Source: Octopus vulgaris (lineage: Eukaryota). Taken from it: DNA of 64,000 nt. The notes under the pieces were generated by a model. That model was not told the DNA's origin, searched no databases, and saw only the letters and a program-made list of their open reading frames with translations. The stretch is from positions 82,956,001 to 83,020,000 of the forward strand of contig OX597826.1 in the NCBI GenBank assembly GCA_951406725.2. The letters are read 5' to 3'. Shown here one piece after another: positions 27,781 to 43,077 of the stretch. How positions within the stretch are numbered: the first letter of the stretch is position 1; every line of letters begins with the position of its first letter. A program made the translations under genes and the position numbers.

Positions 27781-28246
27781 ATGCTTCACCAGTTTTTCGA
27801 TGTTCTAATATCATTTCCTTCACAATCACTAATTGCTCGTAGACTCATATTTCCATACGTGCTTCACACTTGTTATGTGTAATGAATGACCTTCAAGTGA
27901 TTTGTGCTGATAAAAGTAAGCGGTGGTAAAGGAAACGGTTAAAGAAGTTGTGTAAAAAAAAATAGTAGTTATTATCATCATCATCATCACCATCGCCGTC
28001 GTCACCGTCGTCATCATCATCAGCAGCAGCATCATTACCATCAAATCTGTGTTCCTCTTTATTATTATATATGTACGTGCATATATATATATGGTGCTGT
28101 GTTTACTGGCACATACATATAAATATGCATATTTATAAGAGTAGGTATGTCTGTATAAGAAAGCCTTGCTTCTATGAGAGTGCTGACATATGTATGTGTA
28201 TGTATACGATAATATGAAAGAATACATTGCATATGCATAATATATG

Positions 28247-28293
<47 letters not shown>

Positions 28294-28298
28294 GTATG

Positions 28299-28334
<36 letters not shown>

Positions 28335-28736
28335 AATGTGCGTGTATATATATATATATACATATATGTATGTACATGTATATGTATGTATGTACATGTG
28401 TATGTATATGTATGTATATAGGTGTATGTGTAAATATATAAATATGTATGCACGTGTATATACACAGGCACACACACATAAACATATATATAATGACGAT
28501 GATGATTATGTAAACATTGTTTCGGAGTGAGTCATTTTGTTTATTTGTCTATTGGTTTTCTACAGTGATTTTCTTTTATTTGTTTTCGTTCTATTCTTTT
28601 TCTTTTTTTTCTTTTTTGTTCTCTGTATCGATTCTTGTGAGGATAGAAACACTGTGTATATTCATGAAAACTTGTTTTCGCTTCAGTAAACGAACTTTTA
28701 TGAAAACTATGCTAACCTTTAGCGCTGACGACAAGC

Positions 28737-29072
28737 TTCTTCTTTCTTCTTCTTCTTTCTTTCTGTCTTCCCCTTCTTCTTCTTCTTCTTCTTCTTCTTC
28801 TTCTTCTCCTCCTCCTCCTCCTCCTTCTTCTTCTTCTTTCTTTCTTTCTTCCCTTTCTTCTTCTTCTTCTTCGTCTTCCCCTTCTTCTTCTTCTTCTTCT
28901 TCTTCTTCTTCTTCTCCTCCTCCTCCTCCTTCTTCTTCTTCTTCTTTCTTTCTTTCTTCCCCTTCTTCTTCTTCTTCTTCTTCTTCGTCTTCTTCTTCCC
29001 CTTCTTCTTCCTCTTCTTCTTCTCCTCCTCCCCCTCCTCCTCCTCCTCCTCCTTCTTCTTCTTCTTCTTCTT
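28737..29072. repeat. (TCT)n/(CCT)n polypyrimidine tract with higher-order units
   Basis: Recurring TTCTTTCTTTCTTCCCCT blocks between TCT and CCT runs. Confidence 0.95.
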
Positions 29073-32000
29073 GCATCATATTCTGCTCCACTTTGCCATA
29101 CATCTATTTTATTCCCAAACCAATGTTGTTAAATCTTGAAATTTACTTCCAAATCTCTACATGTGACATTGATGTTTATTTTCACTGTCATTGAAAATAT
29201 TTATTCCTTCTCTTCTCTTCCTATCTTCTCTTCTCCTTCTCCCTCGCTAGTTCCATCTTTGCGTTACTCTGTCTTTTACGCATTTCTCCCTCCTCTCTCT
29301 CTCTCTCTCTCTCTCTCGCTCTCTCTCACTCTCTCTCCTTCTCAATCTCTTTCTAGCTCTCTCCTCTTCAACCGCTCTCCCTCTATGCTTTTCTTTATTT
29401 CAGACTCTTACTATTCCCCGCTGTCTTTCACTCGCCCCCCCCCCTCTCTCGTTCTTTTACTAATTCCCTAAGCATGTTTTTCCTCCTTTCCCTCTCTCTC
29501 TCACTCTCTCTCTCTCTCTCTCTCTCTTTCGCTCTCTTTCGCTCTCTTTCTCTTCCTCTTTCTCACTCTATAGATCTATGTCTATTTAATTCCGACAATA
29601 CAGGTGCACTGAGTCTCCTAAAACAGAATGTAAATTCTGTTTTGTCTCACCTCATTTCAGGTGTGTGCTGTTAAAACACTTCCAAATAGAATGAATGGCA
29701 CACAACACACCTATTTACCACTGGTGAATCAGTCTTAATGTCTCAATTGTTAGCAAGTTCATTCGAGGAATCACTTCAATATAATCACCATTAGCATCAT
29801 CAATGTCATCATCATCCTCTTTAGTATCATCCTTTCATCACTATGATAATCCCTACCATAATCTCTCGTAACCTATTTAGATAACATAACTCGCGAAGGA
29901 TGCGTGTGTTTGCTAAGTTATGGAATCTATATAAGCCGTTTGCTGATATTGTTTACGCAAATAGAATTCTAAGCAAGCTCTTCCCACACAAATAACACTT
30001 CACAATATTACAGTTCAATATCTCTCTGTATTTTTATTTTTTAGGAAAATTACTCCCATTACTTAACACATTGTGGTTTCAAGCGACATCACCAGATTAA
30101 GCTAGTGTTCACATATTTAATGCTTAGTTAAATTAGTGTTCACCTGTTTAAATTTTAATTAGTATTGCGTTAATCTATTCAATACAGAGAGTAATGAAAA
30201 GTTATCTCGAAATAACTAGGTAGTCGGGGGAAAATCAATATTGGTTATTGACTAATATTATTGATTCTTTCGGCAAGTACTAGAAACACCTCTGGACATA
30301 CTTCGAAATTATTAGCCCTCCTCAGTGAAATATTGACTTGGTCGTACATTCCGAGGTAATAAGTAGGGGATCAGTAAGCAAATGTTGGCATAGAAACCCA
30401 GAAAAGTTGAGATAGTAGATTACTCTCAGACACGATTCGTACACAGAAAGATACTTAAGTTAGTTTTATCATATTAATAGTTGATAGTGTAGCATACTTT
30501 GCATGAAGCATTCTCAGATATATGTTTATATATAAATGATTTTAATTACTTTTTATTCAGCCAAAATATTATAAGAAATAATACTGGGCGACGGTCTATT
30601 GTTTTACCTTGAATTCCAAAATTTTATTGCCTTGAATTTATAAAGAAAATTAATCTTAAGATCATATTTAATGTCAGAAACATCGACTAAGCAACTAATA
30701 AAATTATGCATCCAAGTAAAAGTTATTTGTTAATGATTATTAATATTTCGGTTATTTTGCAAGTAGGGGAGACAACCGTAGACATGTTTTAGACTTATTG
30801 CTCATTTCAATGTGTTTGGCAAACCACATGGGACATCTGATGTGGGTTTTAAGCAAGCTAGCTGTTATAAAACGACTACCATTTTTTTTTTATTTTTGTA
30901 AGTAATTAGATCCATGTCAACCATGATAAGAAAATATTAATTGATGTTCCATACAGGACAACCACACATTTCTTATTTTGTTTGACGTAGCATATCTACC
31001 ATTACGTTATACATAGAAATCTTCCTTTCCAAGATGTAAAAGTTTGGGATTTGTCGTAGGATTGGCTGTTATATCTTGCAGGTCCGAACAAGCTAATAGA
31101 GAATTACTTGTTACTTCAATGAGTGAACGTAACTTTTAAACTCGTTATAGTGTAAAACAACAATCGAGTGAGCACGAAACACACTAGAAAAGGCGAAAGG
31201 TTCAAACTTTCTCTATTAACTAAAAGGAAAATATTATGCTCCATCGTTATATATATATATGTAATCATATTTTTTAGGAGCCAGAAGAAACGGAAAGAAC
31301 ATCACTGCACTGGCTAAGAACACCATACTCTGGTGGTGAAAGAGGCTTTTTCTCTTAAAAGTGAAAAGATCAGTTTGGAATTCATGTTATTGTATTCAAA
31401 TGCTGAAGTCAGACAGGTTAGAATATTGTAAACGAAGGGAGATGTGGAGAGGCAAAGACAGAGGGAACGAGAGAAAGAAAGCATTAAGAGAGGGAGAGAA
31501 AGAAAGAAAGAAAACATTAAGAGGGGAGAGAAAGAAAAAACATTAAGAGAGGGAGAGAGAGAGAGGTAGGAGGACTGTATAAAGAATGAAAGATGAAGGC
31601 GCTGCAGATTTTATGGATAAAGTAAAGAAGTGAGGCTTCACGCCTTTGCAAGGTCAAGAATTCTCGTATTGCTTATTTGTCTGTTCAACCACGAACACAC
31701 CAATGTCATCTACGAACTCTATACAAGAAATCCAGGGAAGTTTCAGACGTCGGCAGACGAATACGTTGGAACGTATCTTTTAAGAATCAATGAATTCATC
31801 CTTAGATACAAAACACCCGTGTTTATTTATAAACGTATTTCCCCTGCAATACAGATATACAAGTTTTTCGGTTGACAAACGCTCGGAAATTCCTTCATTT
31901 GTAACCACAACAGGAATTCCTCTCAACACATGGTTATGACGCTCCTCTACTAGTTCTGCTCGCGATCAGAGATGCACATGTCGTTATCCACTAAGGGACA

Positions 32001-32128
32001 TGCTCAACTTGTTACAGTCAAACAACTGACAAGCAAATCTGTGGTATTGAGCAGAATATTTGCTGTAACCCATCTTTTATACCAAGACAAACTAATGTAC
32101 ATGATAGCACTTCCAATCATTATTAATA

Positions 32129-32226
<98 letters not shown>

Positions 32227-32382
32227 CTTATTCTCATCTCCTTTCAATTCTGTTTCCATTTTTGCCGAGTATCTTTGTAACACCTGGGCAGAGAATCGCA
32301 TTGTATACTTTGGTTGGCCATTAAAATAAACACACCAATTTTTTCTTCTTCTTCTTCTTCTGATTATTATTATTATTATTAA

Positions 32383-32440
<58 letters not shown>

Positions 32441-32574
32441 GTTATTATTATTATTATTATTGTTATTATTATTGTTATTATTATTATTATTATTATTGTT
32501 ATTATTTGGTGAAAACGCTCAGCTTATTTTGCTGAGAGTTTTTTTTTTGTGTTCAAGGCCCTTTTGACTTTGAA

Positions 32575-34220
32575 AACCCCGTTAAACAGTTAAAAGAGTG
32601 CAAGTTTTCATTAATTGTTGATGGAACTACTGATGTAAATACAAAAGAAAAAAGGTTTGTTCTGCTAGCAAGATTTTTATGATTGTAACACTCAAAACAA
32701 ATTATTGATAATTATTTAATTCTTTTGGAATTTTGTCCTCTATTGAAAGATTCTTCACCTTACATGATATTCCTTTTGAAAATTTGATAGGCTTTGCCAG
32801 TGACAATGCTAGAGTAATGATGGGACAGAAGGGAGGTGTGCAGGCATCACTAAAGAACAAAGTTCCCTCTCCCTTTATTCAGGGTCGCGTCAGTCACTCT
32901 ATGCATATCTATGCACATCAAAGCATGTTCAGAATTACCTTCATATTTAGAAGAACTTGCTAGAAGCATATATTCATTCCTCTCAAATAGCCCAAAGAGA
33001 CTGCAGTAACATGAAGAATTTCAGGCATTTACTCAAATAAATCTTCATAAATTATTACATATAAGTTGCAATACTAGAACTACTACTACTGCTGTTATTG
33101 AAGATAACAACAGTGCACCGTCAGATATGCTGAACTCATTAACAAATCCAATCACAGAGATGTATTATGCATTTTTAGCATATATTTTGCCAGATATTAT
33201 TAAGTTGAACTTATATTTCCAATCAGAAAGCTATAGAATGCACAAACTACACAAATCTATTACATGTACTGTTAAGGGAATACTTGGCAATTATGTTAAA
33301 AAAGAAATTGTGAACAAAATAAGAGCTACAAGAAATTAACATCAATGATGCATCAATGTATCTTCCCATAACTGAAATTTAGAGAGGAGCAAAAGTTGAA
33401 AGCATCTACAAGAAGAAAGCTTCATCTATTAATACAATTGAACTGAAAGAATTTCATGTAAAAACATTTAATGTTTATGTGCGTCTTGGGAAGGGATTTT
33501 TCAGCGTTTCTTCCGTAATCTGAAGTTTCTAGAGGTACTAGACTCAGTTAGTAATCGTGACTGCAATGGTCCGAGTTCAATTGTTCCTCTGGCATGCGAA
33601 TTTCCAAATATTGTTCAGGAGAGTCAGGATGAAACTCTTAGTAAGGAATGGAGAGAACTTAAACTTCAAGATAACAATGACATGACTGAAACTACCAAAC
33701 CAAAAGATTATTGGTATAAAATCTCTGAGGAAAAATGTGGAAATGGAGCTCTTTACCCGGTGTCATCATGCTTTATGTTTCAGCTCCTATCGTTACCACA
33801 TTCTTCCGCTGAGAGAATATTTTCAGTTCTAAATAACATCAAAGTCAAGAATAGTTCTAACTGCATACGAAAACAATTAATGCTCGGCTACATTCAAAAA
33901 GTCTTCATGATGTAAACTGCACAATTTATATACCCGACGCAGAGCTTTGTGCTAAATTAAAAGACGGACAAGGACATTGGTACAAAGAAGAACCTCACCC
34001 TGTTGACGATGCAACCTCCTGATTATAAAATAAATATATTAAATATGTGTAGGTCCCTTTAAAATAAAGCCCTGTATATTATAAATAATATATATTAAGT
34101 ATTTCACTTGATTTATAGGCGAAATATTAAAATTTTAAATTTTGGTACACTTTGAGCAAAATTTGGTACGTTTATTATGCTAAATCTGGTACTTTCATCA
34201 AAATACATTTGACAAGCCTG
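32575..34220 (+). mobile_element. hAT transposon relic, 5'-truncated
   Basis: FSLIVDGTTDV; LIGFASDNARVMMGQKGGV..SHSMH; LLSLPHSSAERIFSVLNNIK (hATC dimerisation motif); subterminal TTTGGTAC repeats; 3' end TTGACAAGCCTG. Confidence 0.85.
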
Positions 34221-34367
34221 TATCAGACCCGTGGTTTAATCAAAAAGATCCTTTTGTACATCAGGATCGTAAAAATATTTTACTTAATCTGATACGCAAG
34301 AACTAAGCGCAACTGACATGTAAAACATACAATTTATTAGGTGGGAATTTATAAGTGACACTTTGGC

Positions 34368-35238
34368 ATACATACATACTTACATACATACTTACATTCA
34401 TAAATACATACATGCATACATACATACATACATACATACATACATGCATACATACATACATACATACATACATACATACATACATACATACATACATACA
34501 TGCATACATACATAAATACATACACACATACGTACATGCATACATACATACATACATACATACATACATACATACATACATACATACATACATACATACA
34601 TACATACATACATACATTCATAAATACATACACACATACGTACATGCATACATACATACATACATACATACATACATGCATACATACATAAATACATACA
34701 TGCATACATACATACATACATACATACATACATACATACATGCATACATTCATAAATACATACATGCATACATACATACATACATACATACATACATACA
34801 TACTTACATACATACATACATACATACATACATGCATCCATACATACATTCATACATACATACATACATACATACATACATACATACATACATACATACC
34901 TACATGCATACATACATACATACATGCATACATGCATACATACATACATGCATACATGCATACATACATACATACATACATACATACTTACATTCATAAA
35001 TACATACATGCATACATACATACATACATACCTACATACATACATACATACATGCATACATACATACATGCATACATACATACATGCATACATACATACA
35101 TACATACATACATACATACATACATGCATACATACATACATACATGCATACATACATACATACATACATACATACATGCATACATACATACATGCATACA
35201 TACATACATGCACACATACATACATACATACATACATA
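34368..35238. repeat. ~870-bp (CATA)n array with CATG/CATT variants
   Basis: Direct inspection. Confidence 0.97.
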
Positions 35239-36026
35239 TACCCAGAGATGAGAGAGAGTGGAGGAGGAGGAGGAGGAGGAGCAAGAAGAGAAATAATGTA
35301 AGGCTTTCTAGTTGCTATCTGTTCCAACTTCAAGTGCGCATCTGGGATTGATTTTCCAAAATGTGCCAGTCGTTTACAAATACCGAGGTGTCATATGAGT
35401 GAGACTTTGGTCGTTACTTTCAGCAAGTCAAGCGACTACATAAAGACTTCCTCGTTGATTCGAGATAAGGTTTTATTTAGTCATAGACAGCGGGAACAAC
35501 ACTAAAAATAAATGTTCGTCTATTATTTGTCTGGCCGCTTAAATTATTAGAGGACTTAAATAAATGTATTGTTTTAGACATATATAAATGCATAGAATCT
35601 GTATTCTTTGCCAATAATATTAAATTAAAGAAATATAATAAAAAAAGCAACTATCGATGATTTGATAATGGCTCAGTAAGAATTATCAATAAAAAAAATA
35701 AGTGATGGCGAAATAAATGACAGACTCAATATTATTTATTGATTTAAGTATTTTAGGAGAGAATGGATGAGAAAGCGCGGTGGGGAGAGAGGAAGAGTGG
35801 AGAGTATGGAGTGTGAGGGAGAGATAAAGAGATTGATATAACATAAATACCTATTTACAGTTGATAAACATTCCGATATTAACCGTTCATTGTCCTTGGA
35901 TTTATACAACAAGTTGACTAATCTAGAGATAGAAATTAAGATATGAACGAAGCAAAAAAATCATCTACACGCACACGCACGCACGCACACACACACAAGC
36001 ACACACACACAAACACACAGCCACAA

Positions 36027-36066
<40 letters not shown>

Positions 36067-36519
36067 CACGTGATGTGATGTGAATGGGAATACATAATGT
36101 ACAGTTTTGATATCATTGCCAATATATATATATATATATATATAATTTTTTTGTTTAGTTTTTGAAAAGTAGCTTCATACATATTTATTTGTGTTGTATA
36201 AAAAATATTACTTTCCGTTGTTATAACCAGAACTGCATAGGTTGAAACCTAAGTATTGTATCCTTCGATTAGTTTCGAATTTTGGCACAAGGACAGAAAT
36301 TTCGGTGGGAAGGGCTAAGTCGATTACGTCGACTCCAGTGCTCAACTGGTACTTATTTTATCGACCTCGAAAGGCAAAGTTGACCTCAGCAGAATTTGAA
36401 CTCAGAACATAAAGTCGGAAGAAGCGCTGCTTGGTATATCGGCCGGCGTGGTAACCATTCTATCGCCTTGACTGTTTCTTTATATTGCCAATGTGGTCGC
36501 ACCGCGCTTGTAGACGCTT

Positions 36520-38750
36520 AGCATATTGTATTCTCGCAAATGACCATGAGGATCTAGATATTTTCGGTTCCAAATCTATGATGGAAAGTTCCTAAATTCT
36601 AAGAGGACTTCGAGCTGTGATAGTAATATCTACCATCAAAAGGAATATAAATGTAATTTTACCTGCTTCATATTCGGGGCACTCAATAAGCATACTGGGA
36701 GTAAAAACTCTAGAACACATAGGAAATGATATATACCAATAACACTGCAAGTGGTTTTGCATCAGATTTTAGCAAGTTGAAGTCCACGTAAGGAGTAGTG
36801 ATCAACATTGCTGACATAGACGGAGAAGATAGGAGGATAATATCAGATTTCTTGGATGTAGCCTGCAACGAATTACTCAAGAAGCAACGATTTATCACAC
36901 TACCGTCCGTTTACACTGGTTTGTTATACCCGACAGAATTCTTGGCTTTCAAAACTGTCTGAATGCTATCAAATCTGAATTTCCTCGAGGCCCTGTCGAT
37001 GTCGTAGTAGGCCATCTGAAACACTTGATCAAAAACATAATGGATCAGGTACAATACAATTTAACATCTTACTTGCGGAATGGCTGTGACGCGTTCTATT
37101 CTGGGACGCTGTGTACGTGCGTAAACAGGGCGATAGATTAAGACCCATCTCTGTAGGTAAAGCAGACGACTAGTAACCTAAATTCTAATTCAAAATATCA
37201 AAACTAAACTTCCGACTAAATTACTAAACCAAATCAGCTGGGCTTTGCCAGGGAATATCGGAAGTAGGCAGCCTTACACGCTGTTAGACATTGTCTGAAC
37301 GATTGACAGTAATCCGATGGAATAGTAGATACGATATATTCTGTCGATAAGATAGTATGATATCAGATATATATCACATGCCTAGATAATCATATGCTCT
37401 CCTTCGAGCCTTGTTTTATGTCAACCGTATTGTAATCATCGGCAACTGCACTTTGATAAGAGAGCACATGAAGATCACTTCAGGTTTTGTTTTTGGTATT
37501 AATGTAAAAGTTTAAATGTATACAAGTCTCTCTCAGTGATTGGAAGTTGGACGAAAGCAATATCGATAGTTTATCCTCTATCATCACTGATTGCTTGGCC
37601 GAAGCTACTCCAGCGTTAACCAAACTTCACAAAGTAGTAAAACCACACGTATCTCAACTGGTCTTCATTTTGAGTACAACAGAGGTAAAGGAAATTCAAC
37701 GTCATCTCGATCCCTTTCTGTCCGATGTCTGCATAATGCCGACAAAGTCCTTGACATTTCTTGATACCCAATGCAGTACTCTGGAGGTAGTAGCAATGTC
37801 AAAAAGAAGAAGGAATAACACGAATGACTTAGGAACTGAAATATCCGAACTCACATCCAACACAGATTCATCATCTATAGAACTTTTTTGTGATACTTCC
37901 AAATAATCTAATAACTGCATTGATTACCTCCCCTGTCACTCATCAATCGGCAGACATATTCCAATAATACTTTCAACGAGACTAAGTCCTCGTATAAATA
38001 AAAAGTAGCAAACCTAACAAACAGGAGATGCTATGACTCTCGACTGCCAGCAAATATCTCATCAAGGCAGGCGACAATTGCGTTGAGAGGATCATTTTTA
38101 ATACCTCCAGATACTCCTCGTGCGTAGACCACATTCAGTATGTTTACAAATAGTTGACAACCTGTTTTGTGTTTAAACTATAGTAGACATCGAAGAGAAG
38201 TAACGAAATTGGAATTCAGTGACATAGAGCGAGTCTTTGAAGACGTAAAAGTCAGTATAAACTTGCAAGACTGTCCCCCTGCACTTCCGCTGCGGAGTTT
38301 TCCTTGACTGAACTGCCTTCTTGCATCGAGCCAGAATTGTAGCAATGGAGACAATGTCGCAATCGCAGCTCGCGAATGGCGTTGTAAAAGTATGATGAAG
38401 AGTCGAATCTAAAAGAATATCATCGCTTACTATACTTTTTCATTTCCAGACATCACTGACACACAGGAAATGGGAAAACTCTTAGGTACGGCTCGTGTCT
38501 CTGTGGAAGAGAGGCTGGAGACACGATTCGGTGGCGACAATTTCGCTGACTATGACATCTCAGTTATTACAGGAAATCTATCAAATACGCCGATGAGGAC
38601 CAAGGATCTGAGGCGGCGAAAACATACTTTGCTGCTCCACATTTATATATTTCAGCCGGTGGAAATGGAAACAAATGGTTTTGCACACAACCCTCGGGGC
38701 ACAATATAATTTAAGTAATAGATGGAATGGCACGTACTTATTGGCTGTGG
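36520..38750 (+). mobile_element. CRE-clade non-LTR retrotransposon relic (RT + RLE)
   Basis: GLRAVIV (~36605), FQNCLNAI (~36950), KQGDRLRP (~37125), RCGVFLD..H (~38290), YDISV...RRRKH..LHIYIFQPVEMETNG (ORF 38470-38709; CRE RLE motif F.P.A.ET.G). Motif order is colinear but very decayed. Confidence 0.55.
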
Positions 38751-38986
38751 CAACGAATTGGGTTCATAGTTTGTTTGTTTTTTCCGCATCACGCCTGTTT
38801 GATAGGATAACAGTTCTAAATCAAAGCAAGAGTAAAACAGAAGTTGTCAGGCCTCTCTACCATCAGAACAATGTGATGGGTGGAAGTTTCCCGTTCGTGT
38901 TTTAAGCTTGTATTAATGGCATTCAACAATATCCCCACCATTGCTGGCTGACTTTTACCTGCTCCGGTGGATATATTTCCGTATAG

Positions 38987-39320
38987 TGAAGGCGTATGTC
39001 TTACTGGTTAGAGCGTCAGCATACCATTGTGAGGTTGTGAGTTCAATTCCTGAACCTGGTTTTGTATCGTGTTCTTCAGCAAGGCATTTTATTCCCCGTT
39101 GCTCCAGTTCAATCAGTTGCAGAAATGAGTTGCGTCGTCACTGGTGCCAATCTGTTTCAGCCTTTGGAAAACATCGGTGACGTGGGGAGAGGAGAGATTG
39201 GGGTGCATGGTCGACTGGTGGTCTTCCACAAACAAACTTGCCAGGCATGTGCCTCACAGGGGCTTTTTCTAGGGGCAAACCTATGGTCATTCGTGACCGA
39301 AGGGGGCCTAAGAGATGCTT
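38987..39320 (+). mobile_element. tRNA-derived SINE, third family
   Basis: A-box-like TACTGGTTAGAGCG, B box GAGTTCAATTCC, then CTTCAGCAAGGCATTTTATT core-like segment. Confidence 0.65.
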
Positions 39321-39427
39321 TCTCGAGAGAATACTACAATTTAGAAGGGTTTTAACGAGTATTATATACAGATTGCTAACTCTAACGATGTTACCGTCAC
39401 TCATAACAAACATATGTGTATGTGTGC

Positions 39428-39470
<43 letters not shown>

Positions 39471-39522
39471 CATACATACATACATACATACATACATACA
39501 TACACAATTATATATGCTTATG

Positions 39523-39578
<56 letters not shown>

Positions 39579-39829
39579 TACCTATATATAAACATATATT
39601 TACATACATGTGTGTGTGTGTGTGTATGTATGTATGTACATGTGAGGGGTGATGGTTCGTGTTCACTGACTGTTCGATTAATACAAAGCATTCTCTCTGG
39701 TGAAATTTTATTTCCGAAATAATAACTATTTTTATTTCCTTGTTTTTCTTTTTTTCTGTTTCGTAATATTGAACTCGAACTATTATTTTTATCATTAATG
39801 ATCTATTAATATCATTGTTGTTGTTGTTT

Positions 39830-39861
<32 letters not shown>

Positions 39862-40536
39862 AATATATCGTAGCGAAACATTAATCCGTTTTGCTCCTGA
39901 AACTTGAATGAATTTACTTAACTTCCCATTAATTTCTGAATCACAGACTTTATTAATTTTTTTTTTCTTCCTTTTTAGCTAGAAAGAAAACAATAATTAT
40001 ATTCCCTGGAGCAATGAAAACATTCGAAGAAAACTTCCTGAATTTTATGAAATATCATATCCCTCGCAACAAAGGCAAAACCGTTGGCATTTTCTTTTAA
40101 CAGTGAGGTACATTAACGGGCGCAGACATTTATATTCTTAACGATCGCGGCGCTTTGAGCCCACCAGAAATTGTTTTCGACAGAATCTTCTTTTCTTTTT
40201 TTTTTTTGAGTAAAGGAACATTCCTGCTCTTGTTGGTTTGATTTTATTCTTTGCCCAGTTTATTGCCAACAAAGAGCTTTTGGGTCTTTTTAAATATAAT
40301 CCAAATTTATGCAAGCATTCTGGTCACATCGATGGACTGAGACTAATTTCCATTCTTTCACCATCGTGGGAGTTTCTAATAATTCATGATTGCAGCTTGT
40401 TTTTGTCGGTAAACTTAATGAAATTAGTGGGAAGAAAATGACAATTTCTGCCGTCCAGGTGTTTGCTGCCTCCTTGCTTCCTAAAATATATATTCACGCA
40501 AATACTCACTTACATACACCCATATATATAGAGAGA

Positions 40537-40611
<75 letters not shown>

Positions 40612-41721
40612 AGAGGTGGGGAGAAAGAGACAGAGACGACAGCGGGAAAGCAGTCTGTACTTCCAAATGAACAGACACGTACTGTGAGAATGTCAAAACT
40701 TACGATGTTTGTATTGAGAGAGTATCTTTCATTGGTGGGTAGTGCTAAAAATCACACAAAACTATCATCAACCGTCGAAAAAATGTTAGCACTGGTGGTG
40801 CAACCGCTAGATCCATTGATTTTCACCTTAAGCTTAGAGAAATCTCATCATTAGTGATTTAAAAAATTAGTGAGTGATCACTCAATGGTATCTCAAATAG
40901 CTGGCGGACTTTATAAAATTTAGCTATCAGCTAAGCGTCGGAGAACAATGAGAAAATTATGGTGCTCAACTTCGCTCAATGTTTGCTCAAATTGACTGTG
41001 ATACGAAGGTGTGTTACAACTTCAGTGCTGTTGGAACCAATTCCATGGGCATTGATGTTAAGCAGGAGTGGGATACATCTGTACAAATGTTGTTGCCTAT
41101 ATACTTTGATTGTTTAGCATTTAAGTCAGGTGATTTTGGTGCATTGTTCCTTTTATCTACATCCGGTATCTACATCCGGTATACGGTTTTTTTCTCAACT
41201 GTTTTAAAGCTGACTCAAAATCTTTATCTCTCTTCTTTGCTAACGATTTCGTTTCTATCATTCTCTTTGAAGACAATACTCAGAAAAAAATGGACTTATC
41301 ATTTCGCGCCTCTAAGCTTTCAATAAGCTTGAAGAATCCTTAAGGGATGTTTACACATGAGCCAAGGGCAACTGTGGGAGACCAAATATACTTGTCCAAA
41401 GGACCGTACTTAATATAGTAGATTTTGTGTGTGTGTGTGAGTGTGTGTCTGCGAGCGTGCACACCCGCGCAGGTGTGTATTTTGTCACTTCTTTTTCAAG
41501 GAATGGATTTCGAAATCGAGACGACTTCGCTTACGTTGAGACCCCGAAGAAACGAGTCTGGTGCGACACAGACTTGCAGCATTCCACAGAACTTTGCATC
41601 CTATACATACATCATCATATCTTTAGTATGCTTACTAGACACGTCAACAACCTATCGACGATACAAGAAAATACTCGGAAGATTTCATAGTATTAAATAT
41701 TAATGGGAAATCTTATAACTT

Positions 41722-41790
41722 TAACCGAAACCTCCTAACCATAAGCCCTAATCTCCAACCCTAATCCTAACCCCAACGCTAACTCTAATC
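41722..41790 (+). repeat. Degenerate interstitial (TAACCC)n-like tract
   Basis: TAACCG AAACCT CCTAACC..CCCTAA TCTCCAA CCCTAA TCCTAA CCCCAA CGCTAA CTCTAA. Confidence 0.6.
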
Positions 41791-42603
41791 TTTTACATAC
41801 ATACAAACGGCACGAACAGAGCATAGCCGCCTTTCATATTCAAAATTGTGTTCATCTACAGCAGGAATGTATAACGGGCAAGAATAAGCGAAAAGGCATG
41901 AAACTACATACGGACAATTACTGCATAGACTGGACCAGATACAGAGCTGGAATCGAGGTAAACAAAAGTTGCTCACGGACAATGAACCGGTCAAGCTAAT
42001 GACAGAGGAAGGCAAAAGATGGACAGGAGGTTCTGAATGGCATCAAAGCGTTTATGCATTAATTATGCAGAATTACGTATCGAAATAATTCAGTAGAAAA
42101 AACAGGAATATCGGAAAACTTAATTATTTTTGTGATCGTTTCTGTATAATTAATGAATAAATGCTTTGATGGCCTAAACAACCACCAGGCAATCTTTTAT
42201 TATACATTGATGTGTCTTTTACCATTTCTATGTGTCAGTCATTGGGTTCCGGCCATGCTGTGCTACCAGCTTGAACGATGTAGACGGACAAATCGACACC
42301 AGCGCTTACTCTTTAGGCCCGGCACTTCTGTATGTGACTTTTCCAGAACCGCTAAGTTACCTGGACGTAAATAAAGGAACACCGGTTGCCATGCGATGGT
42401 GGAGACAAGCACAAATACACACACACACACACACACACAAGCATATATATATATATACTTGGCTACCAAATCCATTGCCCCGAGGCTATAGCAGCAGACT
42501 ACTGGCCTTGATGCCTCGCAGTGGGACTGAACTTTAGGGCCCATAGTTGGGAATCGAGATTCTTAACTGTACATCCACGACACCGCCTAATGTGTATACT
42601 ATG

Positions 42604-42681
<78 letters not shown>

Positions 42682-42757
42682 TGTATATGTGTGTATGCGT
42701 GTTGTGTGCGTGTGTGTCTATATGTATACATACATACATACATATATATATATACAA

Positions 42758-42817
<60 letters not shown>

Positions 42818-43077
42818 GTGTATGTGTGTGTGTGTATGGGTAAGCACATAAATGCAAAGCAAGTTGGACACAATAGTGCTCGAATATCGAAGATAGAGTT
42901 ATATGCTTTTATTAAAGCTGAAAATGTCTTCATAAACTGTTACTCGGATTTTCGCTTTCGCGTTCGTCGAACTTTTGTGATTATGTTGTACTCTATGATC
43001 GCAAGTGTCCGTTGAACGGTAACGTGAAACTGTGAGTAAAAGTTTGTGAGGTTTGTTTGAGATTTGATATAAGTAAA

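Noticed and set aside
28517-29194. Poly-Ser/Pro (+) and poly-Glu/Gly (-) ORFs
   Set aside because: They derive from the TCT/CCT tract, and the flanking sequence is not protein-like
40700-40830. Possible minus-strand exon ending at a GTAAGT donor
   Set aside because: Weak acceptor and stops in all three frames; cannot be supported without transcript data
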